From assembly GCA_016199805.1 (NCBI GenBank), contig JACQGC010000004.1, forward strand, positions 19,816-83,815: a stretch of DNA of 64,000 bases, read 5' to 3'. The notes under the pieces were generated by a model that worked only from the letters and a program-made list of their open reading frames with translations, was not told where the DNA came from and searched no databases. Below are positions 44,284 to 55,266 of this stretch, in pieces. The translations under genes and the position numbers were made by a program. Numbering within the stretch: the stretch's first letter is position 1; each line of letters begins with the position of its first letter. The DNA comes from Candidatus Nomurabacteria bacterium. GTDB taxonomy: Bacteria; Patescibacteriota; Minisyncoccia; Phycocordibacterales; UBA9973.

Positions 44284-44730
44284 ATGGAAGATATAAAAAA
44301 GGTTTTTGAATCAAAAGTTTCTTTTAAAATTTTATTCACAATTGGAGTGGCCATAGTTGCTCTCTTAATTTTTTGTCTGGGTGTAATGGTGGGGTTTCAT
44401 AGAGCGTCTTTTGGGCGTGCCTGGGAAGAAAACTATGAGCGCAATTTTGGATTGATGCCGGGGCGTCCTCCTTTTGATAATTTTCCGAACGCGAGCGGAG
44501 CCATCGGTAAAATAATAAAAATAACTCTGCCGACGATGATAGTGGAAGATAAAAACAATACGGAAAAAGTAATTTTGATAAAAGATGATACCAGAATACA
44601 AGAAATGCGCGAAAATATTGCGGAAAGAGATTTAAAAATAGACGATTTTGTGGTGGTCATAGGAACTCCAGACGCGCAAGGTCAGATAGAAGCAAAACTT
44701 ATCAGGATAATGCCAATCCCCATAAATTAA
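44284..44730 (+). CDS. hypothetical membrane-anchored protein
   Basis: N-terminal TM (ILFTIGVAIVALLIFCLGVMVGF), 148 aa. Confidence 0.35.
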   Translation: MEDIKKVFESKVSFKILFTIGVAIVALLIFCLGVMVGFHRASFGRAWEENYERNFGLMPGRPPFDNFPNASGAIGKIIKITLPTMIVEDKNNTEKVILIKDDTRIQEMRENIAERDLKIDDFVVVIGTPDAQGQIEAKLIRIMPIPIN

Positions 44731-44733
44731 TTT

Positions 44734-46428
44734 ATGAATTTTTTAAATAAAATAAAATTATATATTTTTGCGCATAAATTCATAACTCTCATCGCGGTTA
44801 TTTTGGTCATCGGTGGTGGATATTTTGTTTATGGAAAAATAAACAGCTCTGCGGGAGAAACCCGCTATGTGTTGTCACCGGTTACCAGGGGCACGATTAT
44901 TTCCTCCGTCGACGGCAGTGGCCAAGTATCGGTTTTAAACCAAGTCACCATCAATCCGACCGTTTCAGGGGCACTCACCGGTGTGTATGTAAAACCCGGA
45001 GACAAAGTCGGGCAAGGTAAAACTCTTTTCATTATAGATGACACAACCGCACAAAAAGCAGTCCGCGACGCGCAAATAAATCTGCAAAATGCGAACCTGG
45101 CCCTGCAGAAACTCCAGCTTCAAAACTCTGATACAAACTTAAATACGGCTCTGTCAAAATCTTACGACGACGGCTTCAGCACCGCATCAAACACATTCCT
45201 GGACCTGCCGGGAATTATGAACGGGCTAAATACTATGTTCTTCACCAGTGTTGTCAGTAAAAATGGACAATGGAGCGTAGACTGGTATGCGGAACAAGTG
45301 TCAAATGCCGACACCGACGATGTGCAACCTTATAAACAAAATTTTGTTGATGCTTACAACACGGCGTTAAAAGCGTACAATGCAAATTTTGATAATTTTA
45401 AATCTGTCTCTCGAAGCTCGAACAGCGCAACCTTGGAAGCCCTCATCTCGCAAACTTATACGGATGTGAAACTGATATCCAGCGCCATAAAAAGTGCCAA
45501 TAACTACATTGACTTCGTCAATGCTTCCATTCAGAAGATTAACAACACTCCTCCGGCAATAATCGCCACCAACCAAGCAACTTTGAACACTTACACTGCG
45601 CAAGCTAATACCGATTTGCAAAATTTACTGTCGACTGAAAGCCAAATACAAAGCGCCAAGGATTCTTTTTCGAGTAGCGATTTAAATACCCAGTCGACTC
45701 AGATATCCATCAAGCAAGCGCAAAATTCCCTGCTGGATGCGCAAAATAATTTGGCTGATTACTACATAAAAGCTCCTTTTAGCGGAGTCATCGCCAGTGT
45801 GCCCGTCATCAAAGGTAACAACGTAAGTTCCGGAACGACCTTGGCGACAATCATTACCTCGGAAGATTTGGCTACTGTCACTTTGAATGAAGTGGATGTG
45901 GCCAAGATATCCCTCGGAGAAAAAACGACTCTTACTTTCAGCGCAATCCCTGACCTAACCATTACAGGCCAGGTAGTACAGATTGATTCGCTCGGAACCG
46001 TTTCTCAGGGAGTCGTGAACTACGGCGTAAAAATAAGTTTTGATACTACCGATGCCAGAGTGAAACCCGGAATGAGTGTAGACGCAAAAATAATCACCAA
46101 AGTAGAACAAAATGTTTTGACTGTCCCGAATGTCGCTGTCAAAAAACAAGGAACAACAAGTTATGTGCAAATGTTTGACACTACCCTGCCAGCTCCGGCC
46201 ACCGGCACACAAGGTTCTGTTTCTCTTGTTCCGCCAAGAAATCAAGATGTGGAGATTGGCATTTCTGATGCGACACTTACAGAGATTACATCAGGTCTAA
46301 ATGAAGGAGATGAAATAGTCACCAAGACAATAACTTCAACGACCAAAACTACAACCACGGCGCCTAGCATCCTGGGCTCTCCGGCAGGCGGAGCTCGAGG
46401 AGGCGGAGGTATAAGAATAGGCGGGTAA
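44734..46428 (+). CDS. HlyD/MacA-family efflux periplasmic adaptor subunit
   Basis: N-terminal TM, long coiled-coil, [31 protein letters not shown] barrel-sandwich motif. Confidence 0.8.
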   Translation: MNFLNKIKLYIFAHKFITLIAVILVIGGGYFVYGKINSSAGETRYVLSPVTRGTIISSVDGSGQVSVLNQVTINPTVSGALTGVYVKPGDKVGQGKTLFIIDDTTAQKAVRDAQINLQNANLALQKLQLQNSDTNLNTALSKSYDDGFSTASNTFLDLPGIMNGLNTMFFTSVVSKNGQWSVDWYAEQVSNADTDDVQPYKQNFVDAYNTALKAYNANFDNFKSVSRSSNSATLEALISQTYTDVKLISSAIKSANNYIDFVNASIQKINNTPPAIIATNQATLNTYTAQANTDLQNLLSTESQIQSAKDSFSSSDLNTQSTQISIKQAQNSLLDAQNNLADYYIKAPFSGVIASVPVIKGNNVSSGTTLATIITSEDLATVTLNEVDVAKISLGEKTTLTFSAIPDLTITGQVVQIDSLGTVSQGVVNYGVKISFDTTDARVKPGMSVDAKIITKVEQNVLTVPNVAVKKQGTTSYVQMFDTTLPAPATGTQGSVSLVPPRNQDVEIGISDATLTEITSGLNEGDEIVTKTITSTTKTTTTAPSILGSPAGGARGGGGIRIGG

Positions 46429-46435
46429 AACTTCC

Positions 46436-47137
46436 ATGATAGAAATAAAAGATATCACAAAAACATACAAGACAGGTGATGTGGAATTCCAGGCCCTAAG
46501 AGGGGTCAGCTTTATCATCAAGGATGGAGAATTTGTGGCCATCATGGGTCCGTCCGGTTCCGGAAAATCGACCTTGATGCACATATTGGGCGCGCTAGAC
46601 AATCCGACAGACGGAACATATTTCTTGGATGGAAAAGACGTTTCAAAATTGACCGACGACGAACTGGCCGACATACGCAAAGACAAGATTGGTTTTGTTT
46701 TCCAGTCTTTCAACCTGCTTCCCCGAACGACCGTCCTGCGCAATGTTATCCTTCCACTTATATATGACGGAATAAATCCAAATGAGAGAGAAGAGCGAGC
46801 AAAAAAAGCTCTTGTCTTGGCCGGTCTAGATGAAGGCCATTTTTTAAATTTATCAAACCAACTTTCCGGCGGACAAATCCAACGCGTGGCCATCGCCCGT
46901 GCGCTAGTAAACAATCCATCTCTCATTTTGGCCGATGAACCAACGGGAAACTTGGATTCTAAGACAAGTGAAATAGTTTTGGGCACTTTTCAAAAATTAA
47001 ATAAAGAACTTGGTCGCACTATAATCCTCATCACTCACGAGCAAGACATTGCCGAACACGCCGACCGTATACTTTTTATAAAAGACGGGTTGCTGGAACA
47101 TCGCGAGCCACACATTAAAAGAATAGCGAAAAATTAA
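46436..47137 (+). CDS. MacB/LolD-type ABC transporter ATP-binding protein
   Basis: Walker [16 protein letters not shown], signature [15 protein letters not shown], Walker [13 protein letters not shown]. Confidence 0.9.
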   Translation: MIEIKDITKTYKTGDVEFQALRGVSFIIKDGEFVAIMGPSGSGKSTLMHILGALDNPTDGTYFLDGKDVSKLTDDELADIRKDKIGFVFQSFNLLPRTTVLRNVILPLIYDGINPNEREERAKKALVLAGLDEGHFLNLSNQLSGGQIQRVAIARALVNNPSLILADEPTGNLDSKTSEIVLGTFQKLNKELGRTIILITHEQDIAEHADRILFIKDGLLEHREPHIKRIAKN

Positions 47138-47141
47138 TTCG

Positions 47142-48365
47142 ATGAAAAACTCAGATTTATTACATGAAACATATTCCGCTCTCTCTGCCAACAAAGCACG
47201 CTCTGGCTTAACCATGCTCGGGATTATTATCGGCATTGCTTCGGTCATAGCCATGACGGCTATCGGACAGGGAGCGCAAAATTCCGTCTCGGCTAGCATC
47301 GAATCCATCGGGGCAAATTTATTATTGGTCATGCCCGGAGCCGTGCGTACTTTTGGCGGACCTTCCGGTGGTCGTGGAGGAGCGCAGAGCCTGACAGTGG
47401 CAGACGCAGACGCTATCGCTTCTCAAGTTTCAAATGTGGCTGGGGTAGTACGGGAAGTAAGTGCCCGAGAGCAAGTAGTCGGCACCGGAACAAACACAAA
47501 CACAAACATTATCGGCACAGAACCGGCATATTTACCGGTTCGCAATGTGGCTATCGATGAGGGAAATTTCATAACCGACCAAAATGTGGCAAGCGGTGAT
47601 AAGGTCGCCGTCTTGGGCCCCACAGCTAGAGATGATTTGTTTGGAGCAGGTGCTACCGGAGTCGTTGGGCAAACAGTCCGTATCAATGGCGGAGAATACA
47701 CCATTGTCGGTATAATCGTAGCCAAGGGCGGTTCCGGTTTTAGTAATGCAGACGATGTAATATATGTCCCCTACACCACCGCGCAACGCTATCTTTCCGG
47801 AAATAAATATTTAAGCGAGATTGATGTGCAAGCAGTTAGCTCCGATGTCGCCACCCTAGTACAGAATGATGTGACCACTCTATTACTCACCCAGCACAAC
47901 ATCTCCGATCCCACTAAGGCAGACTTTAATGTATTAAACGAAGCATCTATTATTGCCACGGCATCCAGTGTCACTGGCACATTTACCGCCCTCTTGGCGG
48001 CAGTGGCGGGAATCTCGCTCGTGGTCGGCGGCATCGGCATCATGAATATGATGCTCACCACGGTGACCGAACGCACGCGGGAAATCGGTTTACGCAAAGC
48101 CATTGGCGCCAAAAAAAGTGACATCAATAAACAGTTTTTGGTCGAAGCCATAATGCTGACCTTTATCGGCGGAGTAATCGGAGTTATTTTAGGGTGGCTG
48201 ATATCTTTCGGGGTGACCCAGCTCGGAATACTGCAAGCCTCTGTCTCTCTTTCATCTATAATTCTGGCTTTCTGTGTGTCAGCGGCAATTGGAATCATCT
48301 TCGGCTACTACCCCGCCCGTCGCGCGGCGCAGTTGAGTCCGATAGATGCGTTGAGGTATGAATAG
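47142..48365 (+). CDS. MacB/FtsX-family ABC transporter permease
   Basis: N-terminal TM, periplasmic core domain, C-terminal FtsX 3-TM module. Confidence 0.85.
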   Translation: MKNSDLLHETYSALSANKARSGLTMLGIIIGIASVIAMTAIGQGAQNSVSASIESIGANLLLVMPGAVRTFGGPSGGRGGAQSLTVADADAIASQVSNVAGVVREVSAREQVVGTGTNTNTNIIGTEPAYLPVRNVAIDEGNFITDQNVASGDKVAVLGPTARDDLFGAGATGVVGQTVRINGGEYTIVGIIVAKGGSGFSNADDVIYVPYTTAQRYLSGNKYLSEIDVQAVSSDVATLVQNDVTTLLLTQHNISDPTKADFNVLNEASIIATASSVTGTFTALLAAVAGISLVVGGIGIMNMMLTTVTERTREIGLRKAIGAKKSDINKQFLVEAIMLTFIGGVIGVILGWLISFGVTQLGILQASVSLSSIILAFCVSAAIGIIFGYYPARRAAQLSPIDALRYE

Positions 48366-48402
48366 AAAAATATTATTAGAATTATTAATTTAGTAAAATA
48401 AA

Positions 48403-48822
48403 ATGAATACAAATAAAAAAATCGGTTTCGTAGTTTTGGGGATTATAGTTTTAGCGGGAGTGTTTTATGGAGGTATGACTTATGGCGGAAACAATGTGCG
48501 AGCGGCTATAATGAGCAGAACTGGGGGCGCTGGAAATTTTGCCGGCAGAATGGGGGGAGCAAGAAATGCCAGTGGATTTACCATTGGGCAAATTATTTCA
48601 AAGGATGCGACTAGCATTACCGTCAGCATGCAAACCGGTGGCTCTAAAATAATCTTCCTAGACAAGAGCACCCCGATTACAAAACAAGTAGCTGGAGCCC
48701 TGTCTGACCTGGCAGTAGGCACAGATGTATCAATCACCGGCACAGCCAACACCGATGGCAGCATCAGCGCAACAGCGGTGCAAATTAGACCAAACATGCC
48801 TCAAGGTGCTAGAGTACAGTAA
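48403..48822 (+). CDS. hypothetical secreted protein
   Basis: N-terminal TM/signal; Gly/Thr-rich; 139 aa. Confidence 0.35.
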   Translation: MNTNKKIGFVVLGIIVLAGVFYGGMTYGGNNVRAAIMSRTGGAGNFAGRMGGARNASGFTIGQIISKDATSITVSMQTGGSKIIFLDKSTPITKQVAGALSDLAVGTDVSITGTANTDGSISATAVQIRPNMPQGARVQ

Positions 48823-49469
48823 TGCGAATTAACAAGTATTTAGCCGATAAAAAAATATCTACCCGCCGGGGCGCGGATGAACTTGTAAAAAATAAGAAGG
48901 TTTTTATCAATGGTAAACTGGCCGAACTCGGCAGCCAGGTAAACGAAAGCGACGAAGTGGAAGTAAAAAACGCCAAAGCTAAAAATTACCAGTATTTTGC
49001 TTACAATAAGCCCATCGGCATAGAAACAGACTCTCCAAAAACGGGCTTATTTCCTCTGGGTCGCCTGGATAAGGCCTCTCATGGCCTTTTGATACTGACC
49101 AACGACGGACGCATCACCGACCAACTCTTAAATCCAAAATACATTCACGAAAAAGAATACTTGGTCCGAACTTCCAATAAACTCCGTTCAAACTTCAAAG
49201 CGAAAATGGAAGCCGGAGTGAATATAGAGGGTTATGAAACCAAGCCATGCAAAGTGAAAATATTAAACGACTTTGAATTCAGAGTAACCTTAACAGAAGG
49301 CAAGAAACACCAAATCCGCCGCATGTGCGCGAACCTTTTCCAAGAAATAGCCGACCTGAAAAGAGAAAGAATTATGAATATAAAATTGGGCAATCTGAAA
49401 CTTGGCGGAGTGAGAGAAATAAATGGTGAAGAATTGAAAACTTTTTTGGATTCATTGCTCAAAATTTAA
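48822..49469 (+). CDS. rsuA: RsuA/RluB-family pseudouridine synthase with S4 domain
   Basis: S4 domain MRINKYLADKKISTRRGADELV..; catalytic GRLDKASHGLLILTNDG. Confidence 0.85.
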   Translation: MRINKYLADKKISTRRGADELVKNKKVFINGKLAELGSQVNESDEVEVKNAKAKNYQYFAYNKPIGIETDSPKTGLFPLGRLDKASHGLLILTNDGRITDQLLNPKYIHEKEYLVRTSNKLRSNFKAKMEAGVNIEGYETKPCKVKILNDFEFRVTLTEGKKHQIRRMCANLFQEIADLKRERIMNIKLGNLKLGGVREINGEELKTFLDSLLKI

Positions 49470-49505
49470 TTTTTTAAAAACTTACTACACGCAAACTTCA
49501 ATCAT

Positions 49506-50345
49506 CTATTCAATCCACGGTGTAGCCTTTATTGCTACTACTATATGCCAAAAATCTTTGTTGCTGAATTGGGCAAATGCAGAATAAGAAGTGAAGGTAT
49601 TAATTTTATGAATATTGAAAGTAAATCTAATCATTCCTTTATATTCTTTAAAACGATATTTGCTTAAACTTACCATCTCACTCATTCCGTTTGGTCCCCC
49701 ATGTATATAAGATGAAAGCTCTGAATATTCTGGAATAATCATTTCAATAAAACTATTTTTAGCATATGTAACATTTTTTAATAAATAAGCAACCATTTCT
49801 CTATAATTAAATTGCTGTGACTTTTTCTTTATTTCTTCTTTAGAATATTTCCCTAAATCAGCTCTGTGTTTGATTAACAAGTCCCATGGATCCTTTTTGC
49901 TTTCCTGAGAAGAAAGAATTTCCAATAACCATTTTAAGGAATTACCATATTTCACATCTTCATCAAAAGAACAAAAGGTGTTGTACTCTTGACCCACTGT
50001 ATCCGTTTTTTCACTAGTTAACCTTGCGAATATATAATTTGCCTTTATCCAATGCTCCATCATTATTATATAAAGAGCTTTTGCGGTAATCATGTTATCA
50101 TTTTCACATTCATCAAATATACCCAATTTAATACTATTCATCCTCCAGAGTAAATTTAAAAGAGCCTGTAAACTTTGTTTCATTGGTGAATCTTTTATTG
50201 ACTCAAAAACAATAACCATGGAATTGCTGAACAACTTAAAAAGCTCATCATCTTTATCTCGAGCTGTTTCAAGCCATTCTAGGAATTTCTCTCTTTCTTT
50301 TTCTTGTAAGTCTAATTCTTTTTTGTTTCCAAATTTATTTTTCAT
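49506..50345 (-). CDS. hypothetical protein (AT-rich orphan; no recognisable motif)
   Basis: 279-aa ORF with markedly lower GC than its neighbours. Confidence 0.35.
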   Translation of the reverse strand: MKNKFGNKKELDLQEKEREKFLEWLETARDKDDELFKLFSNSMVIVFESIKDSPMKQSLQALLNLLWRMNSIKLGIFDECENDNMITAKALYIIMMEHWIKANYIFARLTSEKTDTVGQEYNTFCSFDEDVKYGNSLKWLLEILSSQESKKDPWDLLIKHRADLGKYSKEEIKKKSQQFNYREMVAYLLKNVTYAKNSFIEMIIPEYSELSSYIHGGPNGMSEMVSLSKYRFKEYKGMIRFTFNIHKINTFTSYSAFAQFSNKDFWHIVVAIKATPWIE

Positions 50346-50394
50346 ACTTTATAAAAACACTACTACTAGTACCCCCTTTTAGCAAACGAATTTT

Positions 50395-50482
50395 TTTCCT
50401 CTCCTTTCCATGAGATGGTTAGGGTGAGGTTGTTCCCCTCGCCAGTACTATGGAGAGGGGTTGGGGGTGAGGTTTTAGTGAT
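50395..50482. repeat. composite intergenic palindromic element
   Basis: cctctcc..ggttagggtgaggttg..cccctc-gccagtactatg-gagagggg-ttgggggtgaggtttt. Confidence 0.6.
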
Positions 50483-50492
50483 GTCTGAATTT

Positions 50493-51989
50493 CTATTTTT
50501 CCAAATCCAAAATTTCATCAATCCTGATTTGTTTGACAAATTCGGGTACGTGGGAGACTAATATCATCGCGCCTTTGTATTTGTCCAGCGCTTCGGCTAT
50601 TATCGGCAGATGGCGGAAGTTTATGTGGTTGGTCGGCTCGTCCAGGATGAGCAGCCCTGGCTTTTGGAGCACCAGTCTGGCAAAGGCCACCAGCCCTTTT
50701 TGTCCCTCGGACAAATCATCAATCTTGGTGCGGATAAATTCTCCGGTGATGAGGAATCCCGCAGCCACAGAACGCATATGCTCTTCGTTCAGTCTCTCTC
50801 CCCCTTCCAGCATCGCTTGCGACAGGGATTGATATACAGTATCGTCAAAATTCAGCGTAGAAAAATCTTGGCGGTAATATCCGATACGGATTCCTTCGGC
50901 CACTTTTTCTCCCTCGGCATGCCCGCTCGCCAACCTTTCCAGCAACGTGGTCTTACCAATACCATTTGGCCCTTGTAATAGCAGATGGTGTCCTTTATTT
51001 AAAGAAATATTGCATTTGCGTTTGGCAATTTTGCCGTTTTTCATCGTGGTGAAAGAAGAAATTTTTAAAATCTCTCCTATCAGGTCCGGCTGGGCGGGAA
51101 TAACAAAAGGCCGAATGGATTTGTCCTCTTTACGCACGTCTACAATCTCTTCTTCCAGTTCCTCGGCTTTCTCGCGCATCCGTTTGGCCACCAGGCGCAA
51201 CCGTCCGCCCTTGTAAGCGAAAACGTTGGCCTGTTCTTTCTTGGCCTGAATTTCTTTTTGCAGCTGCGCGTTTTTCATATTTTCTTTTTCCACCCTAGCG
51301 GTGATGTCTCTCACCACGTTGAAATAGTTTCCGACATACTGCTCTATTTTTTTGGTGTAAACATCCAGATAAAGCACGCCTTCAGTGAAGGCATTCAAAA
51401 ATTCCGCGTCGTGGGAAATGACCAGCACTGTTTTTTTGTAATTTACCAAAAAATTTGTCAGGTGGGCGATGCCCGCTTTGTCCAAATTGTTTGTCGGCTC
51501 GTCCAAGAGGAGCAGGTCCGGGTCTTGGATGAGGGCGGAAGCCAAAAGCAAACGTGCTTGCTGACCGCCGGAAAAAGTTTTGATAATTCTATCGTGAACT
51601 TTTGTGTGCCCTTTCAGATTTACCACTTCCAAAACATCGTCAATCTTTGGGTCTAAGTCATACACCTTATTTTTAAAACATTTGGCAAAAAATTCCCGCA
51701 CTGTCAGGTCGAGCTCATTCCTCTGAATAATTTGGTTGGCGGAAGCGATACTGACTCCGTTCACAATATTTATGATTCCCGATTCCGGCTTATATAAACC
51801 GGAAATCAAGCCAAAAATAGTACTTTTGCCGGCGCCATTCTGGCCCATCAGGGCGAATTTCATCCCCCGGCGAATAGTAAAACTTACTCCATCCAAAATG
51901 GGTTTATTCACGTCCCATTCAAATGAAACATTATCAAATCTGGCTATTGTTTCTTGATTTTTTATGTTTTCCTTGGGCTCCTTGGACAT
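50493..51989 (-). CDS. ABC-F family ATPase (tandem ABC domains, no TM)
   Basis: Two Walker A (GQNGAGKSTIFG, GPNGIGKTTLLERL) and two signature motifs (LSGGQQARLLLASAL, LSEGQKGLVAFARL). Confidence 0.85.
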   Translation of the reverse strand: MSKEPKENIKNQETIARFDNVSFEWDVNKPILDGVSFTIRRGMKFALMGQNGAGKSTIFGLISGLYKPESGIINIVNGVSIASANQIIQRNELDLTVREFFAKCFKNKVYDLDPKIDDVLEVVNLKGHTKVHDRIIKTFSGGQQARLLLASALIQDPDLLLLDEPTNNLDKAGIAHLTNFLVNYKKTVLVISHDAEFLNAFTEGVLYLDVYTKKIEQYVGNYFNVVRDITARVEKENMKNAQLQKEIQAKKEQANVFAYKGGRLRLVAKRMREKAEELEEEIVDVRKEDKSIRPFVIPAQPDLIGEILKISSFTTMKNGKIAKRKCNISLNKGHHLLLQGPNGIGKTTLLERLASGHAEGEKVAEGIRIGYYRQDFSTLNFDDTVYQSLSQAMLEGGERLNEEHMRSVAAGFLITGEFIRTKIDDLSEGQKGLVAFARLVLQKPGLLILDEPTNHINFRHLPIIAEALDKYKGAMILVSHVPEFVKQIRIDEILDLEK

Positions 51990-52162
51990 TGGTATAGATT
52001 AGCTTATTTGGACCAAAATAGCCAGTAAAATTGACGTGAAATGACTTTTTGCTTGACAAATGGGTTTGAATATACTATACTTGTAGAGCAAAGTAGGTCG
52101 CGAAAAGAGTCGATTTCTAGAGTATATCTATTTGTAATTTAATAACTTAAACAAAAATATCA

Positions 52163-52360
52163 ATGACTGGTACAATAAAAAGACTCACTGATAAAGGTTT
52201 TGGCTTCATCACAGCAGAAGGACTTGCGAAAGATTTATTCTTTCACAGCAATTCTCTTGTCGGAGTAACCTTTGACGAGCTGAAAGAAGGTGATATGGTT
52301 TCTTTTGAAACCGAGGAATCACCAAAAGGATTGAATGCTACAAACGTACAACGTGCGTAA
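52163..52360 (+). CDS. cspA: cold-shock protein CspA family
   Basis: GTIKRLTDKGFGFI RNP1-like and FFHSNSL RNP2-like motifs, 65 aa. Confidence 0.9.
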   Translation: MTGTIKRLTDKGFGFITAEGLAKDLFFHSNSLVGVTFDELKEGDMVSFETEESPKGLNATNVQRA

Positions 52361-52372
52361 TATTCAGTAAAT

Positions 52373-52402
52373 AAAAAACCCCGACCTAGGTCGGGGTTTT
52401 TT
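52373..52402. terminator. bidirectional rho-independent terminator
   Basis: AAAAAA-CCCCGACC-TAGG-TCGGGG-TTTTTT. Confidence 0.75.
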
Positions 52403-52405
52403 ATT

Positions 52406-53179
52406 TTATGCTTCCATTTTTTCAAACAATTGTTTGCCTATAAATAAAACCACTAGGGAGAAAGCCAGTAGAATCAAAAGGTCAATCCATGGATTAAATG
52501 CCGACATTCCTATGAAAGAATAACGCAACCCGTCAATGCCATAAGACAGCGGGTCTATGTGCCCCAGTATTTGTAACGCCTTTGGGGCAGTATCGAGCGG
52601 AAAGATTGAACCGGAAAGAAAAAACAAAGGCATCACCAAGAAGTTCATAATAATTGGAAAGGCCTGCATGTCTGTAAGTTTAGAGGCGATAGCTGTGCCG
52701 AGGGCCGTAAAGAAAAATGCGGTCAAAAACATAAAAACGATTGCCGGGATAATCATAAAAAAATTTTGCATTTTAAAACCTACCAAGAAAGAAATAATCA
52801 AAACTGCGATACCCTGGATTACGGATACAGTCGCTCCTCCGAAAGTTCGGCCAAGCATTATATTAAAACGGGAAACGGGTGCCACCATTGTTTCTTTCAA
52901 GAAACCAAATTGTCTGTCCCAGATGAGCTCGATGCCTCCAAAGATAGCCGTAAAGACCACGGCCATGGCCACGATGCCGGGCACTAAGAATTGTATATAA
53001 CTTCCACCACCCGCTTTGGCAAAAATGGAACCAAAACCAAAACCAAACACTAAAAGGAAAAGAAGTGGCTGCCCCAAAGAACCGATGATTCTCGGAGTTG
53101 ACCTGCTGTATTTTTTAAGTTGTCTCAACCAAAGGATATATATTGTGCTCATGCGATTTTGCAAAATCGTGTCGCGCAA
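52406..53179 (-). CDS. ABC-2 type transporter permease
   Basis: 6 TM helices; adjacent to an ABC ATPase. Confidence 0.7.
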   Translation of the reverse strand: MRDTILQNRMSTIYILWLRQLKKYSRSTPRIIGSLGQPLLFLLVFGFGFGSIFAKAGGGSYIQFLVPGIVAMAVVFTAIFGGIELIWDRQFGFLKETMVAPVSRFNIMLGRTFGGATVSVIQGIAVLIISFLVGFKMQNFFMIIPAIVFMFLTAFFFTALGTAIASKLTDMQAFPIIMNFLVMPLFFLSGSIFPLDTAPKALQILGHIDPLSYGIDGLRYSFIGMSAFNPWIDLLILLAFSLVVLFIGKQLFEKMEA

Positions 53180-53217
53180 TTGTCCATTAAAGCGCGACGT
53201 TATTTACTAATAACTTA

Positions 53218-54015
53218 CTATCTCCTGCCCCAAGCTCTCGCGTGGGAGCGCAGAGTATCTATGCTGCTAGCCTCATCGCTTCTAATGGCACTGCCGGTAA
53301 GTTTCAAAAATGCTTCTTCCAGCGACTCAGTATGGGTGTTTTTCTTCAGCTCCGCTGGAGTGCCCGAGGCCATCACCTTACCATGGTCTATTATTACCAC
53401 GCGGTCGGCCATCTTGTCCGCCTCTTCCATGTAGTGCGTAGTCAGAAATACCGTCACTCCTTCTTTTTTGGAAAGGTCCACGACATAAGACCAGATATGG
53501 TTTCGGGTTTGCGGGTCCAGCCCCACCGTCGGCTCATCCAGAAAAATTACTTTCGGTGTGTGTATGAGTGAACGCGCTATTTCCAGCCGTCTTTTCATTC
53601 CGCCGGAAAAAGTTTTGACCAAATCTTTCTGCCTGTCCCACAAATCCACCAATTTCAAAAGTTCTTCAATTCTTTTTACTCGAATATTTTTCGGAACATT
53701 ATAAAGCACCCCATGAAATTCCATATTCTCATACGCAGTCAGGTCGTCATCCAGACTCGGATCCTGAAAGACTATGCCAAAAGAATGCCGGACTTCATCC
53801 CGTTCCGTTTCTAAATTAAAATTATTTACCTTGGCTTCCCCTGTTGTCGGTTCGAGCAAGGTCGTCAGCATTTTTATCGTCGTCGTCTTGCCTGCGCCGT
53901 TTGGACCCAGAAAAGCAAAAATCTCTCCGTGCTCCACGGAAAAAGATATATTGTCCACAGCAACAAAGTCACCGAATTTTTTTGTTAAATTTTTTACTTC
54001 TATGATTTTGCCCAT
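53218..54015 (-). CDS. ABC transporter ATP-binding protein
   Basis: Walker A GPNGAGKTTTIKML, signature FSGGMKRRLEIARSL, Walker [12 protein letters not shown]. Confidence 0.9.
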   Translation of the reverse strand: MGKIIEVKNLTKKFGDFVAVDNISFSVEHGEIFAFLGPNGAGKTTTIKMLTTLLEPTTGEAKVNNFNLETERDEVRHSFGIVFQDPSLDDDLTAYENMEFHGVLYNVPKNIRVKRIEELLKLVDLWDRQKDLVKTFSGGMKRRLEIARSLIHTPKVIFLDEPTVGLDPQTRNHIWSYVVDLSKKEGVTVFLTTHYMEEADKMADRVVIIDHGKVMASGTPAELKKNTHTESLEEAFLKLTGSAIRSDEASSIDTLRSHARAWGRR

Positions 54016-54260
54016 TCTTTTAATTCTTCATAGGTGGCTTCTCCACAAATCCATTGTTTAGATTTTAAATTATAGAAAAATGGCACACCGCCACACATAT
54101 CTTTATCCAGCTCTAGCAGGCGCTTCTCGTTTTCTTCGTTGTGCCAGACTTCAATACTCTCAATCTTTATACCTTCTTCTTTTTCCAAACGCACCACGAG
54201 TTCATGCATAGTTATACAGTGTGGGCATTCGGTTCCATAAAATTCTAACAAATTATTCAT
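54000..54260 (-). CDS. small thioredoxin/glutaredoxin-like protein
   Basis: CPHC redox motif, 86 aa. Confidence 0.55.
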   Translation of the reverse strand: MNNLLEFYGTECPHCITMHELVVRLEKEEGIKIESIEVWHNEENEKRLLELDKDMCGGVPFFYNLKSKQWICGEATYEELKEWAKS

Positions 54261-54304
54261 GAAATCATGATGAAGAAATTATGGGGTTTGGAGAAACCCA
54301 ACAA

Positions 54305-54556
54305 TTACTTTATTAGTTTTGATAAACGAGACTTTTTGTTAGCAGCGTTGTTTTTCTTGATGACACCTTTTTGAGCGGCTTTGTCGATGGCCTGGAAAGC
54401 CCCGGAGAGCATTTTAGCCGCTTCTTTTTTGTCGGTTTTGACGACTTTCTCAATTTTCTTGATTATTTCTTTCATGGTCTTCTTGCGCTGGTCGTTAAAG
54501 GCCTTCTTACGCAGAGAACCTCGGATTGCTTTTTTAGCTGATTGTGTTATTGGCAT
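54305..54556 (-). CDS. rpsT: 30S ribosomal protein S20
   Basis: MPITQSAKKAIRGSLRKKAFN...AFQAIDKAAQKGVIKKNNAANKKSRLSK. Confidence 0.9.
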   Translation of the reverse strand: MPITQSAKKAIRGSLRKKAFNDQRKKTMKEIIKKIEKVVKTDKKEAAKMLSGAFQAIDKAAQKGVIKKNNAANKKSRLSKLIK

Positions 54557-54598
54557 ATATTGAATATAGCAAAAAAAGCCGAGAAATGCAAATTAAAA

Positions 54599-54640
54599 GA
54601 ACCTCACCCCTGCCCCTCTCCTTGTTAAGGAGAGGGGTTT
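54599..54640. repeat. intergenic palindromic element (left-arm variant)
   Basis: aacctcacccc-tg-cccctctcctt-gtta-aggagagggg-tt. Confidence 0.65.
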
Positions 54641-54658
54641 CTGTGCTATGATAAGTCT

Positions 54659-55225
54659 ATGATTGGCAGTATAAGAGGGAAAATAATTTTAAAAAAGGAG
54701 AAGTTTTTGATAGTGGAAGCCAGTGGAGTGGGTTATAAAATAAGTATCTCCCCAGATACATTATCTAAGACAAAAAAGCTCGGGGATGAAGCTTTTCTAT
54801 TTATTCACACGCATGTGCGCGAAGATGCGCTCGACTTGTATGGATTTTCAGATTATCAGGAGCTCGAATTTTTTGAAATGCTCATTGGCGTCTCCGGCAT
54901 TGGCCCTAAGGGCGCGCTGGCCATCCTGGGCATAGCTTCAATAGAGACACTGCGTAAGGCCATAGGCACGGGCGACACGAGTTACCTCACCAAAATTTCC
55001 GGCATAGGCAAGAAAACCGCGGAGAAAATAGTCATAGAGTTAAGAGACAAAATGGGCGAAGTTGAAAAAGGAAGTTCCATGCAAGGAGAACTGGATGCCA
55101 TGGAAGCACTGAAATCACTCGGTTATGGGCAAAGTGAAATTCGTGAAGCATTAAAAAAAGTCTCCCCTGACTCAGACACCAGCACCAAAATCCGCGAAGC
55201 TCTGAAAATATTGGGAGGAAAATAA
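54659..55225 (+). CDS. ruvA: Holliday junction DNA helicase subunit RuvA
   Basis: MIGSIRGKI...VEASGVGYKISI...FIHTHVREDALDLYGF...LIGVSGIGPKGALAIL. Confidence 0.9.
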   Translation: MIGSIRGKIILKKEKFLIVEASGVGYKISISPDTLSKTKKLGDEAFLFIHTHVREDALDLYGFSDYQELEFFEMLIGVSGIGPKGALAILGIASIETLRKAIGTGDTSYLTKISGIGKKTAEKIVIELRDKMGEVEKGSSMQGELDAMEALKSLGYGQSEIREALKKVSPDSDTSTKIREALKILGGK

Positions 55226-55229
55226 ATTT

Positions 55230-55266
55230 CTTCCCTCTCATTCCAGGAGAGGGCTAGGGTGAGGTT
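55230..55266. repeat. intergenic palindromic element (right-arm variant)
   Basis: ccctctc-attccag-gagaggg-ctagggtgaggtt. Confidence 0.6.
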
